The notes: generated from the sequence alone by a model not told the origin. Positions 39,010-51,543 are shown, numbered from the stretch's first letter. The stretch is DNA of 64,000 nucleotides from Octopus vulgaris (GCA_951406725.2 OX597816.1:60202001-60266000), one strand, 5' to 3'. Program-made: numbers and translations.

Positions 39010-39440
39010 TAGGTGTAGGAGTGGCTGTGTGGCAAGTGGCTTGCTTACCAACCACATGGTTCCGGGTTCAGTCCCACTGCATGGCACCTTGGGCAAGTGT
39101 CTTCTACTATAGCCTCAAGCCGACCAAACCCTTGTTAGTGGATTTGGTAGACGGAAAATGAAAAAAGCCCGTCATATATATATGTATATACATATGTATG
39201 TATGTGTATATATGTTTGTGTATATATGTTTGTGTGTCTGTGTTTGTCCCCCCAACATCGCTTGACAACCGATGGTGGTGTGTTTGCATCCTCGTAACTT
39301 AGCGGCTTGGGAAAAGAGACCGATAGAATAAGTACTAGGCTTACAAAGAATATGTCCTGGAGTTAATTTGCTCGACTAAAGGCGGTGCTCCAGCATTGCT
39401 GCCGTCAAATGACTGAAACAAGTAAAAGAGTAAAAGAATA
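39010..39440 (+). mobile_element. Full-length family A SINE
   Basis: Head, CORE-like domain, TA/TG tract and tail all present. Confidence 0.92.
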
Positions 39441-39739
39441 TATGGATATTGCTATCTCAAGTCCTGGGATCACAGGGTAGCATATCCAGTTGCCGTGGCA
39501 TTTATGTGACCAAAATCATGACATATCTCTCAGACCAGGAATTGAAACTGCAATCTCACAATTACGTATTCATGGGTGCAACACCCTAAACACTAGGCCA
39601 CATGATTTCACTTAAATATACACATTTGTATCACAGGTCTAGAATATGGGCACATATTTCTGAATGCTGTATGAAGTAACTAAAAGGGCTAGCAACAGGA
39701 AGGGCATCTAACCACGCATACACATGGATATGTAAATTT

Positions 39740-40153
39740 ATTTTCACAAATGCACCTTTTGAGCATTGGGCCTCATGGAGGCAACTTGGCAATACTGGTG
39801 TGGTGGAACTAGCAACTGTGCTGGTGGAACATAAAAAGCATCCTTTGAGCACGGGACCTTAATGGAGGCAATGACAAATGACTGAGACTTTTGACAGTAA
39901 GCTATGCTTGAGAATGAAGAGCCATCAAGCTGAGTGAAATTGTAGTCATGGCAGATACTAGTGTCACGCAACGAGCACCTGGACCAGTGTCATGTAAAAG
40001 CACCCTTTATGCTCTTAGAGTGGTTGGTGTTAGGAAGGGCATCAAGTTGTAGAAACTATGCAAAATCAGACCGGAATCTGGTACAACCCATGGTCAAACC
40101 ATCCAACCCATGACAGTATGGACGACAGATGTTAAATGATGATGATAATGATG
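39740..40153 (+). mobile_element. Diverged RTE 3' fragment
   Basis: ggaggcaatgacaaatgactgagactttt..aggaagggcatc..aacccatg..(gat)n. Confidence 0.7.
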
Positions 40154-40660
40154 AAATGTGTGTATATATGTAATTGCTCATCAGATGGTTTGTAAGTTAA
40201 CAGTACAGTCTTATCGCACAGTGTGTGGCCCTGCTTCTTCCTAAAGATTATAATATAGATACATGCATGTGTATGTCTGTGGGTGTTTGTGTGTGTACCA
40301 ATTTTCACATGTTTCCAAGCAAAGTAATGTTATTCTAGGGCAGTCACTTTTTTTCATGAAAGACAGGAAACAAATAATACCATTCTTTAGGAACACTGAA
40401 ATTGCCTGTAGTCAGCAATTGATATCAAGATTAGAAAATTCAAACATGCATGCACACACTCAAATCCTATAGGTGTTTTTCAGATTCCATCGATCAAATT
40501 TACTCACAAGGCTGTGGTCAGGCCAAGGTCACAATAGAGAAGACTTGCAAAAGGTGCTGAGCACTAGGACTGAAACTGAAATATGTGGTTCCAAAGCAAA
40601 CTTCCTAACCACACAGCCATGCCTGCTTATTTATATATATATATATATATATATATGATA

Positions 40661-40691
<31 letters not shown>

Positions 40692-40794
40692 TAATAATTA
40701 TAATAATTTGAGGGAATATTATTCCTAACTTACAGGGAAAAATTCAATTTAGAAATACTAAATCAAATTACACAAAATATAATATATATATATG

Positions 40795-40976
40795 TAGTAT
40801 AGGACAATCAGTAAGTTGTCATAACAGAATTCAGAGTTTCAAATGCCAGAGCTAAAAGCTTTATGGCATTTTCACTGGCTATTTGGATAACCAATGAAAA
40901 TGCTTCGGAACTTTTAGCTCCAGCATTTGAAACGCTGAATTCTATTATGACAACTTACTGATTGTCCCCTATACTA
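40795..40976. mobile_element. Fully palindromic ~180-bp MITE-like hairpin in a TA tract
   Basis: tagtataggacaatcagtaagttgtcataa... mirrored by ...ttatgacaacttactgattgtcccctatacta. Confidence 0.85.
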
Positions 40977-41046
40977 TATGTATATAAATTACTCTATTTA
41001 CATAATATCGAGGCCTCGTTCTTTTGCTGTCATTTTATTATTAATA

Positions 41047-41090
<44 letters not shown>

Positions 41091-41432
41091 CCTAGCTGTG
41101 TAGTAAGAAGCTTGCTTCCCAATCACATGGTTTTAGGTTGAGTCCCACTACATGGAACCTTGGCCAAGTGCCTTTACTATAGCCTCAGGCTGACCAAAGC
41201 CTTATCAGTGGATTTTGGTAAATGGAAACTGAAAGAAGTCTGTTATATATGTGTGTGTGCGTTTGTGTGTGTATTTATGTGTGTGTATATATATATATAT
41301 ATATATAGATAGCTAGATAGATAGATATATACATATACTCACATACACACACATATATATATATGTATATATATATATGGCAAATGAAAGATGGAGAATG
41401 GAATGTACGAGAATTTATTAATTTATAATTAA

Positions 41433-41531
41433 TCACGACAATTGTTTCGGCACATCTAGCATTGATCGCTCATGGGTGGGACGCTCAACAACTGGTTCAG
41501 GAGCATCTGGCAGTGCACATGTATCAGGTCA
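41433..41531 (-). ncRNA. Degenerate hammerhead-like motif in a (TA)n-embedded module (~41379-41700)
   Basis: Minus strand gac-CTGATAC (damaged core)..gcac/gtgc long stem II..GAAA-CAATTG-TC-gtg; ACAATTGT palindrome, GUC triplet. Confidence 0.45.
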
Positions 41532-41835
41532 GGTTATAAATAAATACAACTCGTTAAAATAACAGTTCCGCAATGTAACTTCCCGTTTCGTATAAAGAAA
41601 AGCAGCCAGATGGAGGAAATATCTTCATTTATATATAAGATCAAAAATAAAATCACAGATGGCAAAAAGAGAAACGAACATGCAATCCAGCAGGAAATGT
41701 GTGTATATATATTTGTGTGCATATAAATTTATGTATGTATATACACATTCGATAACATACCTGCTCTATTGACAGATATATGAATGCATTTTTTCCCTGA
41801 CTTATGGTCTCTGAGACAACTCACTGATGTATATA

Positions 41836-41872
<37 letters not shown>

Positions 41873-42097
41873 CGATAAGATCGATATTTAAAATACCGAT
41901 CCTATCAGGTGGCCAGCATGGGATAAAAACCTTTCAAAGATAATAATTATATAATAATATAATTTAGGCTATCTAAGAGACACCACCACGCTGGAAATAG
42001 CATTCAAAACTTGACACTAAAACCACATTAAATATTCATACAGCACCAGGAGAAAAGACGAAGAGACAAAATAAATTAGCAAAAAAATTACTGGATA

Positions 42098-42156
42098 ATT
42101 CCAGATCTCGGATTTCTGGGTTTGCTAAAGAAATGCTTTGCCTTCATCAGTGGAAT
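42098..42156 (-). ncRNA. Type-I hammerhead ribozyme-like motif with intact core nucleotides, in a (TA)n-flanked module (41871-42180)
   Basis: Minus strand attcca-CTGATGA-agg..ccca-GAAA-tc-cga-ga-TC-tggaat: perfect 6-bp stem I, 3-bp stem III, AUC triplet; stem II weak. Confidence 0.72.
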
Positions 42157-42181
42157 ACACTCAGCTAGCACATAAATACAA

Positions 42182-42224
<43 letters not shown>

Positions 42225-42323
42225 ACATATGATATGCATATATATGTATGTATACATTCGTATAATTCAATTCACAAGCATTTAACTTTCAGCCCATAGC
42301 AGCAAGTGAGAAACTGCTCTATA

Positions 42324-42857
42324 TCTTGATCCTGAAATTGCATCCAACTAGGATTTCCAGAAATGATCATCCCATCTGTTTTTTCCTGATAGAATAGATG
42401 CAGGGTTACATCATAATTAACTATCTTTTGTACTCTAAAAAGATAGTTGGATATAATTTGAGGGAGATTTGGTGCTTCTCTTTAGTAGGTTAAGCAACCA
42501 CATAGATGATCTCTTGTTGGTTCAGGAACTCCATTAGTGACAAAAGAAGGTTATATTTAACTTTGTGGATGAATAGAAACTGAGCATAAGGCTTCTTCAA
42601 GGCAGTTTTCATCCACAAAGTTGAATATAACCTTCTTTTGTCACTAATGGAGTTCCTGAACCAACAAGAGATCATCTATGTGGTTGCTTAACCTACTAAA
42701 GAGAAGCACCAAATCTCCCTCAAATTATATCCAACTATCTTTTTAGAGTACAAAAGACAGTTAATTATGATGTAACCCTGCATCTATTCTGTCAGGAAAA
42801 AACAGATGGGATGGTCATTTCTGGAAATCCTAGTTGGATGCAATTTCAGGATCAAGA
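42324..42857. repeat. Long inverted repeat: 250-bp arms, 34-bp spacer
   Basis: 42324-42573 versus 42608-42857; four transition mismatches counted by eye. Confidence 0.96.
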
Positions 42858-43280
42858 AAGTCCTTTTCATCCATGAAATGAAACCAACTATCAACAACAG
42901 ATGAAAGCTACACAATGTAATATTATCATTCAACAACAGATGAAAGCTACGCAAGATAGATCGGTTATTGTAATATTATCATTCAATGCATGTCTCAATC
43001 CCTACCACTTCCCAAATATCTGAGTGAAAGATCCAAGCTCAACATTATCTTCTCTTTTGTCCTGAGAAAGAGTTATTAACCCCAAAATATAGAAATGTAA
43101 AGTAAATTGTAAAGTTTGACTATATTCACTTCTAAATAGGCAGTACATTCAGAATTGAGTGCTTATGCAACATCGTATAGCTTCCTCAGAGCCAGTTTAA
43201 AGTGATTACAATAGCTCCTGTTCTTTTGTCATTCATTTATTCATTCATTCATTCAGTCAGTCACACACACACACACTCAC

Positions 43281-43311
43281 ACAAAGCCTGCCCTGAAAAT
43301 TCTTTTGTCAC
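43281..43311 (-). CDS. Candidate 31-nt internal exon (VTKEFSGQAL)
   Basis: aattttcttaaatcagttttgcag|GTGACA..GCTTTGT|gtgagt. Confidence 0.45.
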
Positions 43312-43675
43312 CTGCAAAACTGATTTAAGAAAATTCAGGTCAATGAGAAAGTCTCTACATGCAACTAATGTGCGAGAAATAGCAGACACACCTCTGTTAT
43401 ATCACACTAAACTCTTTTGATCATAGGTCCGTTGAATTGGAGCCAGCCTGGGATTAAATAAAGATGAAAACAACAGCAACTTTTAGAAGACACCGCAAAT
43501 TATGTGACAAAATCAGCATCTCTACAAGGAATGCTGTAGACGCAATCTTCTGATATACATTGCAAAATATGTGTATGGACATGTCACCATCTGTAAGTAT
43601 GTAAAGATATGTGAATTATGCATATGTGATTGTGTTTAAGAATGTATATGTAGATGTGAATGTGTGTAAGAGAGA

Positions 43676-44058
43676 GGCGCAATGGCCCAGTGGTTAGGGC
43701 AGCGGACTCGCGGTCATAGGATCGCGGTTTCGATTCCCAGACCGGGCGTTGTGAGTGTTTATTGAGCGAAAACACCTAAAGCTCCACGAGGCTCCCGCAG
43801 GGGATGGTGGTGATCCCTGCTGTACTCTTTCACCACAACTTTCTCTCACTCTTACTTCCTGTTTCTGTTGTACCTGTATTTCAAAGGGCCGGCCTTGTCA
43901 CATTCTCTGTGTCACGCTGAATATCTCCAAGAACTACGTTAAGGGTACACGTGTCTGTGGAGTGCTCAGCCACTTACACGTTAATTTCACGAGCAGGCTG
44001 TTCCATTGATTCGGATCAACCGGAACCCTTGTCATCGTAACCGACGGAGTGCTTCCAT
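43676..44058 (+). mobile_element. SINE family C with well-preserved tRNA(Arg)-like head
   Basis: A-box tggcccagtgg, ggactcgcggtc arm, B-box gtttcgattcc; body related to minus-strand fragments near 6603-6895 and 13100-13390. Confidence 0.85.
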
Positions 44059-45054
44059 TCCAAGAGAGAGATAGAGAGAAAGAGGGAGGATGAGAGTGAG
44101 AGGGATATCAGTGATGCTAAATAATGTAAAACACTGTGTTATCATATTTGGTATGTAACACAGAATGAATTAAAGAGACTATTGATGCTGGAGAATGTAG
44201 ATTCCTTACTTCAAAGGAGGATGCTTCAAATAGTGTGTGTGTGTGTGTATGTGTGTGTAAGAGAGAGAGAACGTGCATGCAATTTCAAAGCCCTGCATAC
44301 ACTTTCACAAATGTATTATCCGGTTTACAGCAAGTAGAACAAAAATCCGTTTAGCAATGGTTGATAAATTCTTCATTTGGGATAGGTAAAACGGCCTGAG
44401 ATAAACTATGCTCTATGGAGTAGATTTCCGTGAAAATAGGAAGAAAGAATTCTGAATGTATGCATATAATATAGCAAATGAGAATGGAGAAAAAAACTAC
44501 TCCGTGATAACACATTGCAATAGAGGAATAATATTAGTTACAAATACAACCTTATTACATTGTATACATTATTTCTCAATGTTACTGCTTGTAGTTCTGT
44601 AATTTTTTGCTTCTACTGTTAATTAAGGTTTTAGACTTAATTCATCATTCAGTTTAACACCTCTGCCTGGCACTTAGGGGCCTCTAGCAAAGTTTCACCT
44701 AGTTCTAAGCATTCTGGACAAGGTCTCAACTTTCTCTCTCAACCTCTCACCTTTCTTGGGGGTTCTGAAAAGGCTTGTGGATGTACAAAAAAAAACTCAA
44801 AAGTGGGAGGTGGGGGTGCATAAAAAAATTATTGCTGAATAAAATGACACTTCTTAAGAAAAAGTTAAAAAGGAGATGTTGTAGGGAATTAGATATAATG
44901 GCACACCCCTCCCATTTAACAAATGGAATAACCTAGTCACTATGAGTAAAGCAAGTACATAGCAGGTGGTCAGAGATGGTCATGTCTTTACTGGTTTTAC
45001 TAAGTATACTGTATACCAAAGTGGGCATTATAACAATCCAACATTTTAAGGATA

Positions 45055-45590
45055 TAACAATAAATTAAGTACCAGTTGTGCACTAGGGTTGATGTAATTG
45101 ACTAGTCCCTCCCTCAAAATTTCAGGCATTGTGTCAATTGTAGAAAGGATTCTTATTATTAAGGTGGTGAGCTGGCAAAATTGTTAGCACACCAGAAAAA
45201 TTGCTTCATAGCATTTTGCCTGGCTTTATAATCTGAGTTCAAAATCCATCAAGGTAAATTTTGCCTTTCATCCTTTCAGGATCAATGGGGTAAGGTATCA
45301 GTTAAGTACTAGTATTGATTTAATTGATGGACCCTTTCCCCAAACTTTGAGGCCTTGGACCTGTGTTAGAAATTATTCTAAGCGTAGGGAATTCGCTGAA
45401 TCATTAGAGTATCGGACCAAATGCCTTTGCAGTAGTTGTTCTGGCTCTTTGCATTCTGAGTTCAAATTCTACTTAGATAAGCTTTGCTCTTATCATTTCA
45501 GACTTGATAAATAAAATATCATTCAAGTACTGGGGTTGATTTAAGTAACATATCACTCCCCACCAAATTTCTGGCCTGGTATTTACGTAA
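45055..45590 (+). mobile_element. Tandem cluster of diverged family B SINEs
   Basis: Three successive ctgagttcaaa / aagtac / aaatttc units. Confidence 0.75.
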
Positions 45591-46136
45591 AAATCATCAT
45601 CATTATCATTATTATTGCTACTATTAACTGTATCATCCTAAATTAGCTCTGGTGAATTTCTTCTCTGAAGGAATGTAAGAATATTAACTACATCATAATA
45701 ATGAAAGCCATCCGTTACACTAACAAGATCTTCCATAAAATACCCAGTTCCTTCATTTTTGAATGATTCATCAAAACAGAAAAGCAATATATCTAATTTC
45801 ACTATAATCTAAAGCTGATAAAACGCTCTGATTGCACAATTTTATCTTACGCTTTCCCAAGCAAGAACTTAATATTATCTGTAGTCAGAGTCGTTTGGTT
45901 TCTAGTTAGAGAGCCTGAATGAAGTATAAACACATATGGATACAAAACATTCAGGCGGGGTCCCTATTAAATCATGGTTTTATGTAAAACCTCTCTCAAG
46001 AGTGCCAACTATACAAGGAAGGGATGGTGATGGGGTAAGAAATTCCAAAACTGATCACTGATATATACTAGGTTTCATCCTGAGAAATTCTCTAAACAAA
46101 CACCTTTTAGTTCTTTATTTCTTTACATTCTTTTAG

Positions 46137-46196
46137 CCACCACAGTCAAGTTCCTGCTGCAGTACTTGGTACAATCAGTTTTTAACAGAAGTGAAA
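46137..46196 (+). other. Isolated 60-nt exon-like segment
   Basis: ctttacattcttttag|CCACC..GTGAAA|gtaaga; two open frames (e.g. TTVKFLLQYLVQSVFNRSE); no partner exon identified. Confidence 0.25.
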
Positions 46197-46882
46197 GTAA
46201 GAAAACCTGCTGGTGTCATGTTTGGGAGTTAACGATAAAAATGCATATTTCCTTTCATCAGTGCTTCCAGTTATTAATTAATTACGACTTCCATATTTAT
46301 TTCATTCGACGTTCAACAAATGTTTCCTTGAAAATGAAATGAAACTAAATGGCAAGTGTATATACTGACATCCCAATATTACTGAATTTAACACTTCTTG
46401 TTCACACTGTTATGCAATTCTGTTTGATATCGAAGTTATCAACTATCCCACATGTAAACTGTTACACATAACTGTAATAGAAAGGAAACATACAATTATG
46501 TACTTAAGAAGTTTCTTTGCAACCAAATGGCTCAGTGTTTGATGCCAATGCATGGCATCTTCGGTGTGTCTCTGCTGCAGCAGCATCAGGTTAACTGATA
46601 CCTTATCTGTCAAATTTCATTGTAGAGAACTGTGCAGAAGCCCACCAAGCTCACTTTGCACCCATATTGTTATGGATTCAGTCCCACTGTATGCACCTTG
46701 GGCAAATGTCTTCAACTACAAATCAGGGCCAACCAACGCCTTGTGAGTGAATCTGTAGACAGAAACTGTATGAAAGCCTTTCATATGTATATATATATAC
46801 ACACACATATATAAATTTTATTTCGTAATGTGATAAAAAAAACCAAGGCTGTGTAGATTTTAGAACATTTATAGATAGAAGG

Positions 46883-46928
46883 CCTTACAGCTGTTTCCGG
46901 AATATTTATTATATCTCTTCATCGGAGA
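46883..46928 (-). ncRNA. Hammerhead-like motif (U4C) at the end of a probable Penelope-like fragment (~46820-47390)
   Basis: Minus strand tct-CCGATGA-agagatat..atattccg-GAAA-CAGCTG-TA-agg; ACAGCTGT palindrome, GUA triplet. Confidence 0.55.
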
Positions 46929-47669
46929 TAGTGTGAGAGGATGGTTAAGAAATAGTTAAATTAATTAAGATGTAAAATAGAGAGTGAGGTGGAGGAAAGA
47001 AAAGAAAATAAATGTGAGATATGTAGGGATGTTGTATTTGTAGATCCATTTTTTAAGGCAGAATGGTATACATATAATATTCCAATACCTTATGAGTAAA
47101 ATCCAATAGAATTTAAAATTGGTCACTCCAAGTACAGAGTTTATACACAGTGTTAATGAATCCATATATAGAAAATGGACATAATTATACATATATAATG
47201 GGTAAAATATTTGAATTATCCATATGACATTATTATGACTCATTCTGGAATGATCCAGATGGAGATTTATCAACAACTATATAAACCCACAGGCCTTTGA
47301 CCCATGACTAGTTTGATAAGTGCCAATGTATGAAACTTTCAGACCTTGAGTCACTCTGTTACTTCTGTTAAATATTAATTAAAAATATACTCATATTTTG
47401 AGTTCTATTTTTCCTGTTTGCATTGACATACCTATATGTGTGTGTGTGTGTGTGTCTTTGTGTTTGTCACCCACCAGCACTTGGTAATTGATGTTGGTTT
47501 GTCTGCTCCTGCTCATGTTGTGCCTATGCCTCCATGGAAAACTGATGTTAAAAGATGGGGATGATGATATATATGTACATACTATATGTTTATGTGTGCA
47601 TTTGTGTGCATTTGTCTGCATTTATATATAAACCACCATTATATCAAAGGAGTAACTCAGTAGTAAAAG

Positions 47670-47703
<34 letters not shown>

Positions 47704-48010
47704 CACAAGTTCCAGTAAGGCGACGCAGGTAACGATCATGCTTGAATGGTATTTTTTTACGTGCCATTGGCCATTGGCACAGAGGCCAGCTTCTTGCTCG
47801 TATGGTTCTCTTAGCGCTCGTATGGTATTCTTAGCGCTCCACTAGCACGGATGCTAGTCATCGAATTTGATTTCGATTTCACTTGCCTCAACAGGTCTTC
47901 GCAAGCAGAGTTTAGTGTCCAAAGCAGAGTTGGACACTATACATATATAAACATTTATGTATGTTTATACACAATACATAGACATAATATATAAACACTG
48001 TGTATATATA

Positions 48011-48170
48011 CATCATCATCATCATCGTTTAACGTCTGCTTTCCATGCTAGCATGGGTTAGACGGTTCAACTGGGGTCTGGTGCAGCCATCTGGTTCGCC
48101 AGACCTCAGTCAAATCGTCCAACCCATGCTAGCATGGAAAGCAGACGTTAAATGATGATGATGATGATGA
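48011..48170. repeat. Tail-out twin of RTE 3' ends forming a hairpin, in (TA)n
   Basis: (cat)n-cgtttaacgtctgctttccatgctagcatgggtt ... aacccatgctagcatggaaagcagacgttaaat-(gat)n. Confidence 0.9.
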
Positions 48171-48231
48171 TATATATATATATGGAAACTAAAGTCAAGG
48201 TAGAAAATGCTAAAATAATTTTAAAACATTT

Positions 48232-48267
48232 CCGTACCGGTTTCAGTCATTGAGATTTTTTCAACTG
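48232..48267 (-). ncRNA. Hammerhead-like motif, U3-A8 core variant
   Basis: Minus strand cag-TTGAAAA-aatc-tcaat-gact-GAAA-CCGG-TA-cgg; ACCGGT palindrome; one mismatch each in stems I and II. Confidence 0.5.
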
Positions 48268-49267
48268 TAAGTATGGAAAACAATTAAATTTTGGAAAGAT
48301 TAGAAGAAAAGTTTTTTTAAAAGAATATTTGCATAGTGTTCAAATATAAGGGGCATTTTCCTTGTTTACTCTTGTGGGTTCGAGGTCGGTGTGAATTCTT
48401 GGTAGGGAAGAAGAAGAAGAAGCAGAAGAAGAAGGGGGAGAAGAAGAAGAAAGGGAGGAGAAGAAGAATTGCTGGCACAATGCCAGAAATTTTAAGGGCG
48501 TGGAAACATTAATAACATCAACTTCAGTGCTCTACTGGTACTTATTTTATCAACCCCATTGTTCAAATGGTACTTATTTTATCAACCCTCAAAAGAGTGA
48601 AAGACAAAGTCGTCCTTGGTAAAATTTGAACTCAGAACATAATACAAATACTTCCTATACATCAAACTCCAGTACTAATTGATATTGTTGAACCCAAAGT
48701 CAGTTTCGATTAAGCAAATCTATGATCAGAGCTGTTCCAGGCATGACAAGCTTATCTTTTATCCAATTTACCTTCAATTTTGAAGATATAAAAATTTAAG
48801 TGGAGAGAAATTCGGCTGCTATTTCTAGCAGTCTCAGTGACCATATAAACACTCCTTTGTCAGCTCATCCAACACTAATTAAAATCACCAAGGTAACAGG
48901 AACTATCTACTACTAACTACTTCTGAGCAGGGTTTATAGACATCAAATAGTAGATAAAAAAAACATTAAAAATGCTTTCAATGTGTAACAGGACTGAAAT
49001 ATAACATTTTAAAACAAATAAGCTAAAATTTCTCAGTGAAAAAAAAAAATTCTTGAGTTATATAGAGCCATTATAACATTAGAAACATCTTCATCATTTT
49101 AACAACTGCTTTTTTTTTTATGCTGGTATGAGATGAGATTTTCCACAGAGTATACCATTAATCTTCTTGGCTTTTGTCATCATCTCTGCAGTAAGGCCTA
49201 GCTTCATAAAATCTGACCTCAGCCTGTTGTCCCTGCTTTAATTATTTCTCACATTTTATCATCTTAC

Positions 49268-49315
49268 TTGTGGCACACAAGCTGATGGGGGTGTTGTGCT
49301 ATGCAGTTGCTTGAC
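49268..49315 (-). CDS. Candidate 48-nt internal exon (VKQLHSTTPPSACVPQ)
   Basis: ttttactgctttttctggcag|GTCAAG..CCACAA|gtaaga; phase 0-0. Confidence 0.5.
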
Positions 49316-49592
49316 CTGCCAGAAAAAGCAGTAAAATTTCATATCACACCTTATATTAAAACAGAAAAAAAAGGCCCATCCAATGCATGTCAGCATAATG
49401 ATTATATATATATATATATAATTTTTAGAAAAACAAATCCAGAGAAGAAACACACTCTAAAAATCAAAGCAGTCTATGGGGTTACCCTGGCTTAACCCCA
49501 TGGTGCATCGTCAGACCCCAAGACCTGCACTGTAGGGTTAAGCCCTTTATTGACGGAAACCCAGAGTATTGCCATAAACTGGCCTTCACCAG

Positions 49593-49646
<54 letters not shown>

Positions 49647-50381
49647 CTGAACCAAGTCTCAGTAAATTGCTGGTATTGATGCTGGAGAGATGAAAGGCAA
49701 AATCAGTTTTCATGGAATTTAAAATCAGAACCTAAAGAGATGCATCTAAATATTGAATGACTTTTTCTCTTTTTCTTTGTTGATGTATTGCTCTAGCATC
49801 CCCCATCCTCTAGACCTAAAATAATAACACTGGTGGTGGTGATTAGCTCATAATAATTTTTATCTATTAAAAATATAATAATGATCCTTCTTGATATGTA
49901 TGTGTGAGCAAATGCGTATGTATATGAGTGTGTATACATGCACATATACATCCATGATGGTTAATTTATTGATACACTGTAAGCAACTACACACACACAC
50001 AAAAAAAAAAATCCCCTGATAAATAAAGGCTTCATCTTAATTATTTACCAGTATAACTGTGAACACTCATTGCTATCACCATCATCAACTATGTATGACT
50101 CTTACTTGACATTAAAATCCTATTAAAATTATATCACATAGCACTCCCAGAAAATCTGTTTTTATGCTTCGTAGTATATACAAGAAGATTGAATCTTCAT
50201 TGGCTTCTTCTCCTCCTCCTCCTCCTCTTCCTTCACCTCCCCCTTTCTTTGGCAATCTTTAATTAGCTGACATGCTAAACAACCTAAAGAAATATAGAAC
50301 ATACACACATTCCAGATATCTATGTAGAGTTAAATACTTTCACATGTGAAACCCAAACTTCTTTCAGAAAGTCACACTTAA

Positions 50382-50596
50382 CCCTTTTGTTACCATATTT
50401 CTGTTGAAATATACTACCTTTCTTTCAATTACTTTTGAAAAGAATATTAAAAAATTTAGTAAAATAATTTTGTCATTATTAAACTGGTATTTGGAACATA
50501 AAGTAACATGGAATTTTGTTTGAAGTTTATAATTTAAGACAGGAAATCTGTTTCACAGAAATAGGAGTGACCTCAGGCAAGACAGTATTAAAAGCA
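50382..50596. mobile_element. TTAA-flanked degenerate MITE (piggyBac-like)
   Basis: ttaa|cccttttgttacc ... agtattaaaagca|ttaa; related sequence near 35622-35820. Confidence 0.5.
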
Positions 50597-50649
50597 TTAA
50601 TATCAGTCCTCTCTTTCTGTATATATATATATATATACATATATATAGT

Positions 50650-50859
50650 CTCTTGTTTCAGTCATTTGATTGCGGCCATGCTAGAGCACCACCTTTATAG
50701 TCGAGCAAATCGACCCCAGAGCTTATTCTTTGTAAGCCTAGTACTTATTCTATCAGTCTCTTTTGCCAAACCACTAAGTTATGGGGACATTAAACACACC
50801 ATCATCGGTTGTCAAGCGATGCTGGAGGGACAAACAGACACAGAAACATATACACACGC

Positions 50860-50898
<39 letters not shown>

Positions 50899-51060
50899 CG
50901 ATGAGCTTCTTCCAGTTTCCATCTACCAAATCCACTCACAAGGCTTTGGTCAGCCCGAGGCTATAGTAGAAGACACTTGCCCAAGATGCCATGCACTGGG
51001 ACTGAACCCTGGGACCAAGTGGTTGGTAGGCAAGATACTTACTACACAGCCACTCCTGTG
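50650..51060 (-). mobile_element. Full-length family A SINE
   Basis: Reverse complement of the 26231 type. Confidence 0.9.
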
Positions 51061-51112
51061 TCTAGCTACTTACCACACAGCTGCTCTGTGTGTGTATGTG
51101 TATATATATATA

Positions 51113-51543
51113 TATAAGTATATGAAAGAATGGAGTTGAACGACTAGTTAACAAATATCCTTTATTCTCGACATATGTTTTGAAGGCTGCATATTCCTAA
51201 TTCCGAAGGAATAAGGAGTACATTATGCAGATTTCTCATCAGGAAAATCAAGGAACTTATGTCGACATCAAAATGCACAAAAAACTCCTTATTCCTTCGG
51301 AATTAGGAATATGCAGCCTTCGAAACATGTCGAGAATAAAGGATATTTGTTAACTAGTCGTTCAACTCCATTCTTTCATATACTTATAATTTTAAAATAA
51401 ACATACAAATTTCCACACGAAGACACGTAGTCTATGCCCTAGGGATGTAGCTTCAACCGTGTTCTTTCTGATGTGAATTTGCTACCCAGGTATCGGTTAT
51501 CTTTCGAATTATCCTTAATAAGATAATTCATTCAATTACTCAA
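51113..51543. mobile_element. Inverted pseudo-LTR pair of a Penelope-like element with hammerhead-like motif (51164-51248, minus)
   Basis: 51113-51219 inverted at 51284-51388; minus strand attttc-CTGATGA-..ctgcata/tatgcag..-AAAA-CATATG-TC-gagaat; the right arm keeps GAAA. Confidence 0.8.

Noticed and set aside
43676-43748. tRNA gene (also 27430-27503)
   Set aside because: Acceptor stems incomplete, no oligo-T terminator, and both continue into repeat bodies; treated as tRNA-derived heads.
49155-49235. Minus-strand exon-like segment
   Set aside because: Reads SDFMKLGLTAEMM, resembling the RTE C-terminus (DLRTLGLTEAM); likely a LINE remnant.
50516-51139. 207-aa ORF
   Set aside because: Antisense read-through of a family A SINE plus TA tracts; similar peptides recur at other SINE copies.
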